Below, in pieces: positions 1-10,250 of a DNA stretch of 64,000 bases. The notes under the pieces are model-generated. The model had not been told where the DNA came from. It worked only from the letters and a program-made list of their open reading frames with translations, and did no database searches. Each line of letters starts with the position of its first letter. The first letter of the stretch is position 1. The stretch is taken from positions 224,001-288,000 of the forward strand of contig CAVQBA010000001.1 in assembly GCA_963710605.1 (NCBI GenBank), in the 5' to 3' direction. Made by a program: the position numbers and the translations under genes. Origin of the DNA: an uncultured cyanobacterium. GTDB lineage: Bacteria > Cyanobacteriota > Cyanobacteriia > Cyanobacteriales > Cyanobacteriaceae.

Positions 1-289
1 CTTGATAACCTGCAATCGGAGGTACAAAATAAACTGGCCCTACCGCACCTTCTTGGGCAATATTTTTTTTACCTAAATGAGGAGGGCGTACACCATGCAC
101 GTTCATCAAGTAAGCACTCAAATCACCTAATCCTCTAGCTGAGATACTCAAAGTTTTATAACCTGTGTTTCTTAATCTGCGGATATAACGTCCTTCAAAA
201 CCACCTTCTAAAGGAGCATAAATTGCTAATGAGCCTGATTGCTCTAAATCACGAATGAATTTTTTTCCTGTAATCAATAAAAAAGGCAT
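1..289 (-). CDS. ndhN: NAD(P)H-quinone oxidoreductase subunit N (runs off window)
   Basis: Manual translation from ATG at 289: MPFLLITGKKFIRDLEQSGSLAIYAPLEGGFEGRYIRRLR...GVRPPHLGK, typical NdhN. Confidence 0.92.
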   Translation of the reverse strand, partial: MPFLLITGKKFIRDLEQSGSLAIYAPLEGGFEGRYIRRLRNTGYKTLSISARGLGDLSAYLMNVHGVRPPHLGKKNIAQEGAVGPVYFVPPIAGYQ

Positions 290-765
290 AATATAATAAT
301 TGAGAGAGTGTGATAATTGAGAATTGAGATAGTGCGAGAATTACCAGAAGACAACTCTGCTGCTACTGCTACTGCTTGCTGGTGAGAAGAACGCACCTAG
401 ATAAAAGATTTTTTAAGCCTGTGTGACACTTAAAGCTTGATAGAGCTTATAGCAATCACGCTTGTAGCTATAAAAGAATCAAATACTTTTAACATTAAAC
501 GTAATTTATTTACGATTAATTAATTTTATTTTACTCCGCATTCGCTTTTTAACAATAATTTTCTACTTGAGAATGAGCAAAAAATTGTTAATGATAGTCG
601 ATCGACGATCGAGATTAAGATTTGATATTAACTAAAAAATAAGTTTGTCACAAATGATTTGATTTGTGTTAAGTTTAGAGTGATATAATTTTTGTTAAAT
701 TAAATGTGCCGCTGTACGATCGTTATTAATCATTATTTTTTGACGTGTGGAGAAGGAGAACAATA

Positions 766-1608
766 GTGAACGAGTTAAGATCTGCATTAGAGTTAGCTAC
801 CCCTGAAGAATTGCAACAAGTTACCGAAATTCTTTTTTGTCGTCGTTTAAATCCCTTAGATTATTATTACACCCCAACTCCCTTAGATGTTCAAAGTCAA
901 GATTTATCAACTTGGTTAGATACGATCGAAAACAGATTTCGTTTTTTAGGTGCAAATGGTATGACAGTTCTACGTCGTCAAACCCACGAAGTAAGGTATA
1001 AAGATATTTTAATTCAAGTGTGTCGCTATCTTAAAATTCCTTACAAACAAAAGATGAAGACAGTTGAGTTGGAAACAGAAGTATTTTTACATCTATTACA
1101 AAAAGCATGGCTACAACTACCCAAACAAGAACAAAAATCTTTAAAAAATAAAGTAGTCAAATCTTTAGCAAGTAGTCCGACACCTCACCCTTTACCAGTT
1201 AGTTTACAACATGACCCTTTACAAATCATTTTACGTGGTAGTGGTTTGTTGGCAATTAATTCGATGGTTAAACCTTGGTTATTACAAAAAATTGCTCAAC
1301 AATTTGCACTTCATTTTGCTACCTATCAAACAGCTAAGGCAAGTTTAATTAAAGGCGGAATAGCTACTGCAACTCAAATACAAAAGCGTTTTGCTCTGCA
1401 AATGGCAAAAAAGGGTATGGTTGCCAATACCGCTCGTTACACAGCAGTTAGAGGTGTATTTACTTTTTTAGGACCAGTTTTATGGGCTAGTTTTTGTGCC
1501 GATTTAGGTTGGAGAGCTATTTCTACTAACTATACTAGAATTATACCTGTTATTTTTACCCTAGCTCAAATTCGTTTGACTCGTGGTTATAATTATCAAT
1601 TAGTCTAA
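766..1608 (+). CDS. YaaW-family cyanobacterial protein
   Basis: ELRSALELAT.EEL start and DLGWRAI.TNY.RIIP end; GTG at 766 follows AAGGAG (ORF track starts at 745). Confidence 0.7.
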   Translation: MNELRSALELATPEELQQVTEILFCRRLNPLDYYYTPTPLDVQSQDLSTWLDTIENRFRFLGANGMTVLRRQTHEVRYKDILIQVCRYLKIPYKQKMKTVELETEVFLHLLQKAWLQLPKQEQKSLKNKVVKSLASSPTPHPLPVSLQHDPLQIILRGSGLLAINSMVKPWLLQKIAQQFALHFATYQTAKASLIKGGIATATQIQKRFALQMAKKGMVANTARYTAVRGVFTFLGPVLWASFCADLGWRAISTNYTRIIPVIFTLAQIRLTRGYNYQLV

Positions 1609-1680
1609 AAAATAATCGTGTTAATATAGTTGAGCAAAATAATAAACTGTTGATGATAATTACATCAAAGAAATGATTTA

Positions 1681-1885
1681 ATGTTACCAGAGTATATCTA
1701 TGTGACGATCGGTATCTTGTTGTTTATTAGTGTGGTTGCTAGTAAATTATCGGGTAAATTTGGCATTCCGGGGTTACTGATATTTCTTTTCATTGGTATG
1801 TTAGCAGGTTCAGAAGGAATTGGCGGTATTTATTTTGATGATTACTCCTTCGCTCAATCAATTGGGGATGTTGCTTTAATATCAT
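1681..1885 (+). pseudogene. cvrA: N-terminal fragment of CvrA/NhaP2-type K+/H+ antiporter
   Basis: SKLSGKFGIPGLLIFLFIGMLAGSEGIGGIYFDD..AQSIG..ALI matches the CvrA N-terminus; similarity stops abruptly after about 67 codons. Confidence 0.85.
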
Positions 1886-1932
1886 ACAAAAAATCGGCTA
1901 AGTTAGGAAGTTATTTTTGCGTGACTCCTAAG

Positions 1933-2092
1933 TATAGTCGTTTTAATTAAAATTGAGACAGTCTTAATAACAGTAAAAATGTGAGCTTCAACCCCGCCTT
2001 GAAATAAATTGCAAGGCTAATAGAATCCGTTTAATAAATTAAACTCAAATTTTAGCCTCAAAATTGTCTCACTGTTATTTGAAATGACTATA
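1933..2092. mobile_element. MITE-like element with 28-bp imperfect terminal inverted repeats, containing a REP-like insert
   Basis: TATAGTCGTTTTAATTAAAATTGAGACA ... TGTCTCACTGTTATTTGAAATGACTATA; shorter sister copy at 60982-61077. Confidence 0.7.
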
Positions 2093-2138
2093 TGTCAACA
2101 AAGGGCAAAGGTAAATTTAATTATTCTTGATCAAAGAC

Positions 2139-2197
2139 GATCGATTGAGCATATGAAGCTGTACGATCGATCGAGCATATGAAGCTGTACGATCGAT
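2139..2197. repeat. 26-bp tandem duplication bounded by CGATCG sites
   Basis: CGATCGAT(T/C)GAGCATATGAAGCTGTA twice, followed by CGATCG. Confidence 0.8.
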
Positions 2198-2263
2198 TAT
2201 TAAACAAAAACAGTAATTAATTTTGTCTTAGAATTATGAATGTAGTCGGCTATAATTAGACTC

Positions 2264-3031
2264 ATGACGCTTATGAATAATTTGATTTCTTTAGTTACGA
2301 CAGTTTATAACCGAGAAAAATACTTAGCCGAAGCAATCCAGAGTGTGTTAAATTCTGAATATCAAAATTTTGAATATCTAATTTGGGATGATGGTTCGAC
2401 AGATAATAGTTTAAAAATTGCAAAACAGTTTGCTCAACAAGACGATCGAATTAGGGTAATTGCTTCCGAGCATAGAGGTAGGGGATATGCTTTAAAGTTA
2501 GCACTTGAAGAAACGAAGGGAGTTTATTTAGGTCTAATTGATAGTGACGATTTGATTACTAAAACTACTTTGACTGAAACTGAATGTTTGTTATCTTCTG
2601 ATTCTCAGTTGGGAATGGTTTATACAGATTATTTAGTGATCGATATTAACGGTCAAGTTAGAGGATTAGGGAAACGTTGTCAAATACCATATTCTCCACA
2701 AAGGCTACTTGTAGATTTCATGACTTTCCATTTTCGCTTAATACGCCGAGAAGTTTATCAGAAGGTGGGCGGAATTAATCCCGAATTCAGTGCGGCTCAA
2801 GATTACGATTTATGTTTAAAGTTATCAGAAGTGACTAAAATAGAGCATTTATCAAAGCCTTTATATTATTATCGTCATCATTCAGAAAATATTTCTCACC
2901 AACGACAATTGGAGCAGATTCATTTTACCCAAAGAGCAATTAATGAAGCCTTACAGCGACGAAATTTAGCCTCTAAATTAGAATTAACAGTAGAAATTCG
3001 TCCCCGATACATTTTGAAAAAAAGAGTTTGA
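2264..3031 (+). CDS. Glycosyltransferase family 2
   Basis: VYNREKYL..AI.SVL, DDGSTD, DSDD and QDYDL motifs. Confidence 0.92.
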   Translation: MTLMNNLISLVTTVYNREKYLAEAIQSVLNSEYQNFEYLIWDDGSTDNSLKIAKQFAQQDDRIRVIASEHRGRGYALKLALEETKGVYLGLIDSDDLITKTTLTETECLLSSDSQLGMVYTDYLVIDINGQVRGLGKRCQIPYSPQRLLVDFMTFHFRLIRREVYQKVGGINPEFSAAQDYDLCLKLSEVTKIEHLSKPLYYYRHHSENISHQRQLEQIHFTQRAINEALQRRNLASKLELTVEIRPRYILKKRV

Positions 3032-3231
3032 ATTTTTATTCTTATTGGGGTGTTAATATTTTTACCGAAAGTAGAAGTTAAAGTACTGTAGTATTAGTTA
3101 AATACTGATTAATACGATCTATTATCATAATAAAATTGGTGTATTACACTTAATGTTTAATTATGAATACGATCTTTTAGGTTTATTTTTTTACTCGATA
3201 CGTACCCGACTATAATCTATAACGATCGTAC

Positions 3232-3456
3232 TTAACCTACTTTTTCTGACAAAACGCTAGGTAAAGGTAGCTTTTCACCTGAGAGTCGATAATCCTCGAT
3301 TAATAATTCTAAAACCTCCATACCACGATTGACAGCCTCAGTATAAGTGTCACCATGAGTACGCCATTGTTGTCCTGGAAAATCAGGTAATCCCACCAAG
3401 TAACAATCATCAATATTAGACCATTGAATTACCATTTTATATTTATGATTAGTCAT
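3232..3456 (-). CDS. hicB: HicB-family antitoxin
   Basis: Y.M.I.WS..D.CY.V.LPDFPG...THGDTY.EA; overlaps the end of hicA. Confidence 0.85.
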   Translation of the reverse strand: MTNHKYKMVIQWSNIDDCYLVGLPDFPGQQWRTHGDTYTEAVNRGMEVLELLIEDYRLSGEKLPLPSVLSEKVG

Positions 3457-3661
3457 TTGTTTTTCTCTTTTTTACATCTTTAATTGCTTGAAAAACCTCT
3501 TTCTCTTGATAATCTCTAGCGTCGTTACCGTCTTTGCCTGAGATAGTTATTCGACCTAAATATAAAGGATGAAACCAGTTAGAGTGACTTCCTTTTCCTG
3601 TTCTTTGAGAAAAACCAGCTTTTTTAAGAATTTTTTTTAATTCTCGAATTTTCTTAGGCAT
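3449..3661 (-). CDS. hicA: HicA-family toxin (mRNA interferase)
   Basis: 70 aa, basic, GKGSH motif. Confidence 0.88.
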   Translation of the reverse strand: MPKKIRELKKILKKAGFSQRTGKGSHSNWFHPLYLGRITISGKDGNDARDYQEKEVFQAIKDVKKRKTND

Positions 3662-3834
3662 TAGTTAATTAATTTTTCGAGTTTTAATATATCATAAGTT
3701 TTATAATATTTTTTTCTACCCTTACAAAAACCAAATCTCATCTTGACCATCTAACCACTACAAATACAATATTACTTCTTCAATTGTCGCTGTAGCTATC
3801 GCTACTGTTTATAAAATACGCACGATCGTTTTAA

Positions 3835-3910
3835 TTAATCGATCGAGTGAGTCATACTCGTATTGAGTACGATGAGCTAACCCGTCAATAGTAGCGATAA
3901 TATTACCGAT
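3835..3910 (-). pseudogene. Isolated Rhs YD-repeat stub
   Basis: Manual translation IGNIIATIDGLAHRTQYEYDSLDRLIKTI. Confidence 0.7.
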
Positions 3911-4042
3911 AGGAGGGTGTCTGGTATTAATTAATGAGCTTGATGGTGCGTTCCAACCAATAAAATTAGCGAGAACGACAGTAATTTTACCGAACGTACC
4001 CTACAGATTTACTACAGATCAACGATCGCACTTGAGCGTACT

Positions 4043-4504
4043 TTATGTTAACTTAAATTCCTTTTTGAAATCTTTTATAGAGTTTTGAAAATCATTATAG
4101 ATAATTTCTTCTTCATTAAGAAATCTGCAATATTCTGATACAAATATTTTGACTCCATTCCAAATAGAATAGACAAAATCATTTTCTTTTAGTGTCAATA
4201 TTTCTACACTTTCGCTATCTTTCAAGATTAATTTATTTTCTTTTTCTCCAAAATTTTTGACGAAAAAAAGTTTGAAAGATGAATCTGCTCCCACAAAACA
4301 GTATGACTTTTTATTTTTATCTTTTAATAAGATTCTAATTCCATCTAATAGTTCCACGATAGAAATAAATATCATCATTGATTGACTACTATTTAGTTTT
4401 TTAGGAGGATATAATGTCTTTTTAGTCTCTATAATTATAAAACCTTGACTAAAACTATCAATATCAGATAAAGGTTCATTTAACTTGAAAATAAATTTTA
4501 TCAT
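4043..4504 (-). CDS. Putative immunity protein of Rhs module 4
   Basis: Small AT-rich ORF directly downstream of the toxin C-terminus; ATG at 4504. Confidence 0.65.
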   Translation of the reverse strand: MIKFIFKLNEPLSDIDSFSQGFIIIETKKTLYPPKKLNSSQSMMIFISIVELLDGIRILLKDKNKKSYCFVGADSSFKLFFVKNFGEKENKLILKDSESVEILTLKENDFVYSIWNGVKIFVSEYCRFLNEEEIIYNDFQNSIKDFKKEFKLT

Positions 4505-4514
4505 CAGTTTACTT

Positions 4515-5860
4515 TTACTCACTTCTAGGCGGAAATATAGTGACAACTTCTTCAGTTACCGTATCAACAATAACTCTTACTCGTTCTCTTTTGCCATTAA
4601 CTTTAATTCTATCTTCAAAAGTTTGTACGTTTCTTGAAGGATCAGAAATTCTAGTTCCTTCTTTAATAATTTTATTTGCTCCTTCTTGTAATTGATCTCT
4701 TGTCGTTCCAGGTGCGAAAAGATCTGCTGGTCGCTTTTGTTGGATGATCACCCGTAACATGACGAGCATCAATATGTATCCATCCTTTTTTTAAATTTCC
4801 GTCGAGTATTTTGGCTGTACCTCTCCAAGGTGGTTTTACAGAACTGTCAAAATATGGATTAGAAAAATCATCATTAGCAGGACAAGAATTTCCCGTATGA
4901 GTAATTGGTTCAACATTGGATTCAGTAGGAGAAGAAGGAGGATTTGTATCAATATCAGGTTTTGTCGTATGTCCTGTATTGTCAGAAAATTTGTTCTCTT
5001 CACGATCGGGAATACCTTCAGGGTTAGGAAAATGATTATCTGGAAGAGACTTAATGTTATTTCGCTCTCGATCGCGATTTAATTTTTGCTTTTGTTTTTC
5101 TATTTGGTAAATACTATAAAGAGCAAAGCCTGCTGGAAGTATTACATCTTTAATAATGATTGTTCCAAATATCGCTGCTTCGCCGAATGGATCGATCGCA
5201 TTAGTTGCATTATTACCAACATAACGATAAAGATTAGCATCACCACCAGCAAACCCTATGGTATCCTCAGAGATAAACCTTCCTACCGAGCTGTCATAAT
5301 AACGAGAGCGGTAATAATGTTGCCCGGTTTCCTCATCTAACTCCCTGCCCGTGTAACCATTACGGAAATCAATAGATGGATCAGTCTCAGAAGTTACCTC
5401 ACCGAAAGCATCATATGTAATGGAATTAATTACATCACCATTATGATCCAAAACATAACGAACCGAACCTAAATTATCAGCTAAAGCCCAATAAACGCTA
5501 CCATCTGCATTCTCTTGTGCAATTACTTGGTCAACTGTGACACCATGAAGGAATCTTTCCTTTAAATTACCCTCTCCATCAAAAACGAGTGCGATTTCAT
5601 CACTATCTAACACATATCTCTCTTCTAGATCGAGATTACCATCGCCATCGCTATCTACCGATTTAGCAATTCTTCTGTCATAAACATCGTATTGGTATTC
5701 AACAGTAGCCAGAACATTACCACTAACATCTTTAGTTACAACACCTACGAGTCGATTACGATAATCCCACTGATACTCAGTCACCTCACTAGTAGTATGG
5801 TTATTAGCATCCGTAAGCGAAATTAAATTATTGGCACTGTCATAGACAAAACGTTCCCAC
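4515..5860 (-). CDS. Orphan Rhs module 4 (core plus putative RNase C-terminus), +1 frameshift near 4733
   Basis: YTGRELD/GRFISED/IDPFG core; tip GWIHIDARHVTG joins ADLFAPG...VVTIFP after removing one base; YD stub in frame upstream of 5784. Confidence 0.8.
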
Positions 5861-5903
5861 CGAAAAAATTAGTATGAACGACAGTACTTTGTAAAGACGC
5901 ACC

Positions 5904-6419
5904 CTACAAGAGGGCGATCCCACGATTATTCTGCTCGTATTTCTTTAACAAAGCAATCAGGACCAAATATTTTTCTGTGATTCTTAAAGTATCTAGAAAA
6001 TCTTCTTCATTTAAATATTCAAAATAAATTTCTAAATTATTTTCTAGTTGTATTTTAATCGCAAATTCACTAGGATTATTATCAGAAGCATATTTTGATT
6101 TTAAAAAAAATATTTTTTTGATTATCCTACCAATTCTCGGTTTCCAAAAACTATTTTTTGTAAGATTACGATATTCATAACTATCTCCATATTTCTCCAT
6201 AAGACCTTTTTTAACGCCAATACTCTCAATTTCTAGTAAAGAGTAAAAGTTTAAAATATTACCATCGTCCAACATTATCTCTATCGGTCCGTCAGCAGTT
6301 TGTTCAAAATCATTTCGAACAAAATCATCTTTAAAAAGTTGACGATTTACTTGAATAATTTTACGACCTGAAAGACTTTGAAGAAGATCTAAATTGCAAG
6401 AAGGAATTCCTAAATTCAT
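5904..6419 (-). CDS. Putative immunity protein of Rhs module 3
   Basis: Starts 16 bp after the toxin gene end; low GC; no recognisable family. Confidence 0.65.
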   Translation of the reverse strand: MNLGIPSCNLDLLQSLSGRKIIQVNRQLFKDDFVRNDFEQTADGPIEIMLDDGNILNFYSLLEIESIGVKKGLMEKYGDSYEYRNLTKNSFWKPRIGRIIKKIFFLKSKYASDNNPSEFAIKIQLENNLEIYFEYLNEEDFLDTLRITEKYLVLIALLKKYEQNNRGIALL

Positions 6420-6434
6420 AATCTTTAAAAATAA

Positions 6435-9200
6435 CTATTGATTAATAAATGTATCAAATTGACTATCTATAATTCTAACTCCTCTTCTTGTTTCTGGATT
6501 AAAAATATCAACACGTTCTTGTCCATTTCGATTAGTTCCTCTTTGAATTATAGGATTCTCATTTGTGTCTCCTAATACTTCTCTAATAATTTGATTTGCT
6601 GAATCTTGGCTTTTACTAAAATCTTCACCTTGAAAAGCTGAATTTTTTGAAGGACTTCCATCTAATCTTTTTCTTATAGCTTGAAGGGCTCGTGAATCTT
6701 CTGAATTTGGACGTGATGGTCTCATAGAAGAATCAATTATATCATTAATATCGGATATACCAATAGTTCTACTAACAGTTTCATTCATTCTCACATCACA
6801 CATATTATGAACTAAAATAGCTAGTTCAGAAATATAATAAGTGTGATAATTTTCTACCTCAAAATTATAGACAGTTTCCTCGCCCTCACGCCAAGTAACA
6901 GATTCAATAGATAAGACTTTACCATCTTTAGTTAAGAGCTCATCACCTACTTGTAACTCATGAGCTAACTTCCAACCATAGTCTCTTATCCAGAAAGGAT
7001 GGGTTGAAGTACAGGTAATTTTTACCTCATTTACAATAATATCGCCGACTTTATCTACTTGTTTTTGAAATAATTGTTTGACAACAGAAATTTCACCTGA
7101 AAACTGCTCACTTCCAGTGTAAACTCGATCGCCTATTTTAATTTGTTCAATAGGAATAAAACCATATGGAGTAGCAATCAAAGTTCCAGCAACAAAACAC
7201 TCTATTTGACGAGCTAAACCATCTACCGCATCATCGATGTTACCATCAGCACCTTTTATAAAAGAATCTAATTGTTTAAAAAGCGGTTGAACAATTTCTC
7301 CTAAAGCACCACCTAGTCCACCGATTAAACCTTGTTGAAGAACGTTATCAGATAAATTACAACCTGTGAGTGCATTTCGACCAACTTGTAATCCTGCATC
7401 AATACCTCCACTAGCAAGACCATTGACAACAACTCTTTGTAGTAGAGAAGCAAATTTAACCGCCGCTTTAGCTGAAACAACACCACCAAGTGCACCACTT
7501 AAGGCACTCATGGCAACAGACATCCAATCGACTTTAGAAATATCGCCTTTATGTTGAATTAGTTGAATTGTTAAATCGACACCTGCACCAATACCAGCCT
7601 GTACCGCAAAATTAGCAAATTCACCAGTAGGATCGGTTGCATTAATCGAATTATTACCAACATAACGATAAAGATTAACATCGCCACCAGCGAAGCCAAT
7701 CGTATCCTCAGAAATAAACCTTCCTACCGAGCTATCATAATAACGAGAGCGATAATAATGTTGCCCTGTTTCTTCATCTAACTCTCTGCCCGTGTAACCA
7801 AAACGGAAATCAACAGATGGATCAGTCTCAGAAGTTACCTCACCGAAAACATCGTATATAATCTCATTAATTATATTTCCATCATTATCTAAAACATAAC
7901 GAACCGAACCTAGATTATCAGCCAAAGCCCAATAAACGCTACCATCCGCATTCTCTTGTGCAATTATTTGGTCAACTGTGACACCATGAAGGAATCTTTC
8001 TTTTAGATTACCCTCTCCATCAAAAACGAGTGCGATCTCATCACCATCCAATACATATCTCTCTTCTAAATTGGGATTACCATCACCATCGCTATCAACA
8101 GACTTAGCAATTCTTCTGTCGTAAACATCATATTGATACTCAACCGTAGCGAGAACATTACCACTAGCATCCTTAGTTACAACCCCTACCAGTCGATTGC
8201 GATAATCCCACTGATACTCAGTCACCTCACCTGTATCAATATCGGTACGATCGAGACGATTACCTTCATTGTCGTAGGTATAATTGTAAACACCATCAGA
8301 CAATAACTGATTATTATCACCTGTCACATAACCGCCGTTAGTGCGATTACCAGTACCGTCATAACCATAACTTTCATCATCCTGATAATTATAATCAGCA
8401 TTCGTTAATTGATTCGTGTCGTCATAATTATAAACAACAACACCATCAGGACTGGTAAGCTGCTCTATACGGTTAGCCTCATCATAAATCCAATTGTAAT
8501 TAGCTATAGTCCCAGTACTATTGTTATGAACTAAATCAATCAAACGACCAAAATCATCGTAGTCATAATCACTTTCTGCGACTAATTGCGTACCAGCTAG
8601 ATCGGAGAATCGATCGATCTCTTTTAACTGTGAAGCCTTATCATAAGTAAAATCAACCCGTTTATTAGTTACCCCATTACCCGATTGAGTAATACTCACA
8701 ATTCGATTTAATTCGTCTAATGTAAACTCTTCAATACCCGATACAACGCCCTCGATCGTATCAGTAACCGACAACATATTACCGACATTGTCATATTGAT
8801 AATTTAAGACAACATTAGGAACACCAACAGTACCTAAATTATCGATCGAAGTGAGTAAGTTTCTTTCGTCATAGCTGTACCCATAGCTGGAAAAGCTGTC
8901 AGACACGGATAAAAGACGACTACCTTTGTCGTAATCATAAATTATGAGATTTGAACCATCCTCCCATTCTTCTTGAGTAAGACGATTTAAACTATCATAG
9001 CTGTAATTAGTAGTGCGGTTATTTCGATCGGTCATCTCAATCAAATTACCCGCCCCATCGTATTCATAAGTACGAATGAAACCTAATTGGTTGGTATCAG
9101 TTAAAAGTCGATCGACACCATCGTAAGTATAAGTCGTCGTATTATCCTCACTATCAGTAAGACTTAAAAGATTACCAACCTCATCATATACATAGATAGT
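6435..9200 (-). CDS. Orphan Rhs module 3 with pretoxin HINT domain and C-terminal toxin
   Basis: YD repeats (frame continues upstream of 9044 to about 9200), DPTG, CFVAGTLI...VYNFEVENYHTYY....LVHN HINT, then a ~120 aa tip. Confidence 0.88.
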   Translation of the reverse strand, partial: TIYVYDEVGNLLSLTDSEDNTTTYTYDGVDRLLTDTNQLGFIRTYEYDGAGNLIEMTDRNNRTTNYSYDSLNRLTQEEWEDGSNLIIYDYDKGSRLLSVSDSFSSYGYSYDERNLLTSIDNLGTVGVPNVVLNYQYDNVGNMLSVTDTIEGVVSGIEEFTLDELNRIVSITQSGNGVTNKRVDFTYDKASQLKEIDRFSDLAGTQLVAESDYDYDDFGRLIDLVHNNSTGTIANYNWIYDEANRIEQLTSPDGVVVYNYDDTNQLTNADYNYQDDESYGYDGTGNRTNGGYVTGDNNQLLSDGVYNYTYDNEGNRLDRTDIDTGEVTEYQWDYRNRLVGVVTKDASGNVLATVEYQYDVYDRRIAKSVDSDGDGNPNLEERYVLDGDEIALVFDGEGNLKERFLHGVTVDQIIAQENADGSVYWALADNLGSVRYVLDNDGNIINEIIYDVFGEVTSETDPSVDFRFGYTGRELDEETGQHYYRSRYYDSSVGRFISEDTIGFAGGDVNLYRYVGNNSINATDPTGEFANFAVQAGIGAGVDLTIQLIQHKGDISKVDWMSVAMSALSGALGGVVSAKAAVKFASLLQRVVVNGLASGGIDAGLQVGRNALTGCNLSDNVLQQGLIGGLGGALGEIVQPLFKQLDSFIKGADGNIDDAVDGLARQIECFVAGTLIATPYGFIPIEQIKIGDRVYTGSEQFSGEISVVKQLFQKQVDKVGDIIVNEVKITCTSTHPFWIRDYGWKLAHELQVGDELLTKDGKVLSIESVTWREGEETVYNFEVENYHTYYISELAILVHNMCDVRMNETVSRTIGISDINDIIDSSMRPSRPNSEDSRALQAIRKRLDGSPSKNSAFQGEDFSKSQDSANQIIREVLGDTNENPIIQRGTNRNGQERVDIFNPETRRGVRIIDSQFDTFINQ

Positions 9201-9214
9201 AAAAATATACTAAT

Positions 9215-10213
9215 TTAATCAGCCAAATTATTAATATGTTCTCTCATTTTCTTTATATCTTTTCTATCCACTTGATTATGATGAATTTCAAAATCTTTCA
9301 ATTTTTTTAACTGATAAATTGAATCAGGGATATTTTTTATTTGATTATGATCGAGCCATAAACATCGAAGATTTATGTTTTTAGCAAAATTAGCAAATAC
9401 ATTCTTTATTTGATTATGACTTAATTGTAATATTTCTAAATTACTTAGCTCTAAAAATATATTATTAATTTGGGTTATTTGATTATTACATAAATTTAAC
9501 TTTTTAAGTTTTTTTAATTTGGATATATGATTGGGTATTTCGCTAATCTGATTCTCATATGAATAGAAAGACTCAAGAAGATTTAAAGAAAAAACTATTT
9601 CAGGTATTTGAGTAAATAAATTACGACTTAAATTAAAGTATATTATTTGATTATCATATTTAGATTTTTTTAATTCAATATCCCTTATTTTATTACCATC
9701 TAAATTTAGAGAGTTTAATTTATTAAGGTTAAAAAGATAAAAAGGTACATTGACTATTTCATTGTAACTAAAATCTAAGATTTCTATTTGTGATAAATTT
9801 GTTATTGAATTAGGAATAAATTCGATATAATTTCCCCCTAATTTCAAAGATGTTAAATTAGTAATTTCAGTGAGACATTTAGAAAAACAATTAATTTTGT
9901 TTGAAAATAAATTTAAATCAAATAAATTTTCTAGCATAGATATAGAATCTGCTATTTTCTCAATTTGATTTCGTTCCAAAATTAGTTGTTGTAGATTAGT
10001 TAATTTATAAATATTTTCAGGAATTTCTGTAATATTATTATTAGTTAAATCTAAATATTCTAAATGTTTTAATTCAAAAACTTCATCAGGAATGTAACTT
10101 AACTTTTCATCATCACCATACCAGTTCTCACGAGAGAAATCTAAAACATCAGATTTTTCTTGTTGGCATTGTTTTAATTTTTCTTGAAAAGAATCAGGTA
10201 TCTTATTCATCAT
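9215..10213 (-). CDS. Leucine-rich repeat protein in the immunity position of Rhs module 2
   Basis: Repeated 23-aa LxxLxLxxNxIxxIP units; starts 38 bp after the module 2 end. Confidence 0.88.
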   Translation of the reverse strand: MMNKIPDSFQEKLKQCQQEKSDVLDFSRENWYGDDEKLSYIPDEVFELKHLEYLDLTNNNITEIPENIYKLTNLQQLILERNQIEKIADSISMLENLFDLNLFSNKINCFSKCLTEITNLTSLKLGGNYIEFIPNSITNLSQIEILDFSYNEIVNVPFYLFNLNKLNSLNLDGNKIRDIELKKSKYDNQIIYFNLSRNLFTQIPEIVFSLNLLESFYSYENQISEIPNHISKLKKLKKLNLCNNQITQINNIFLELSNLEILQLSHNQIKNVFANFAKNINLRCLWLDHNQIKNIPDSIYQLKKLKDFEIHHNQVDRKDIKKMREHINNLAD

Positions 10214-10250
10214 GGAAATATTTTGAGAGAATTAATTTAATTGATAACTA

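Noticed and set aside
6800-7200. Mobile intein with homing endonuclease
   Set aside because: Short HINT-only domain directly before a toxin tip; no endonuclease motifs
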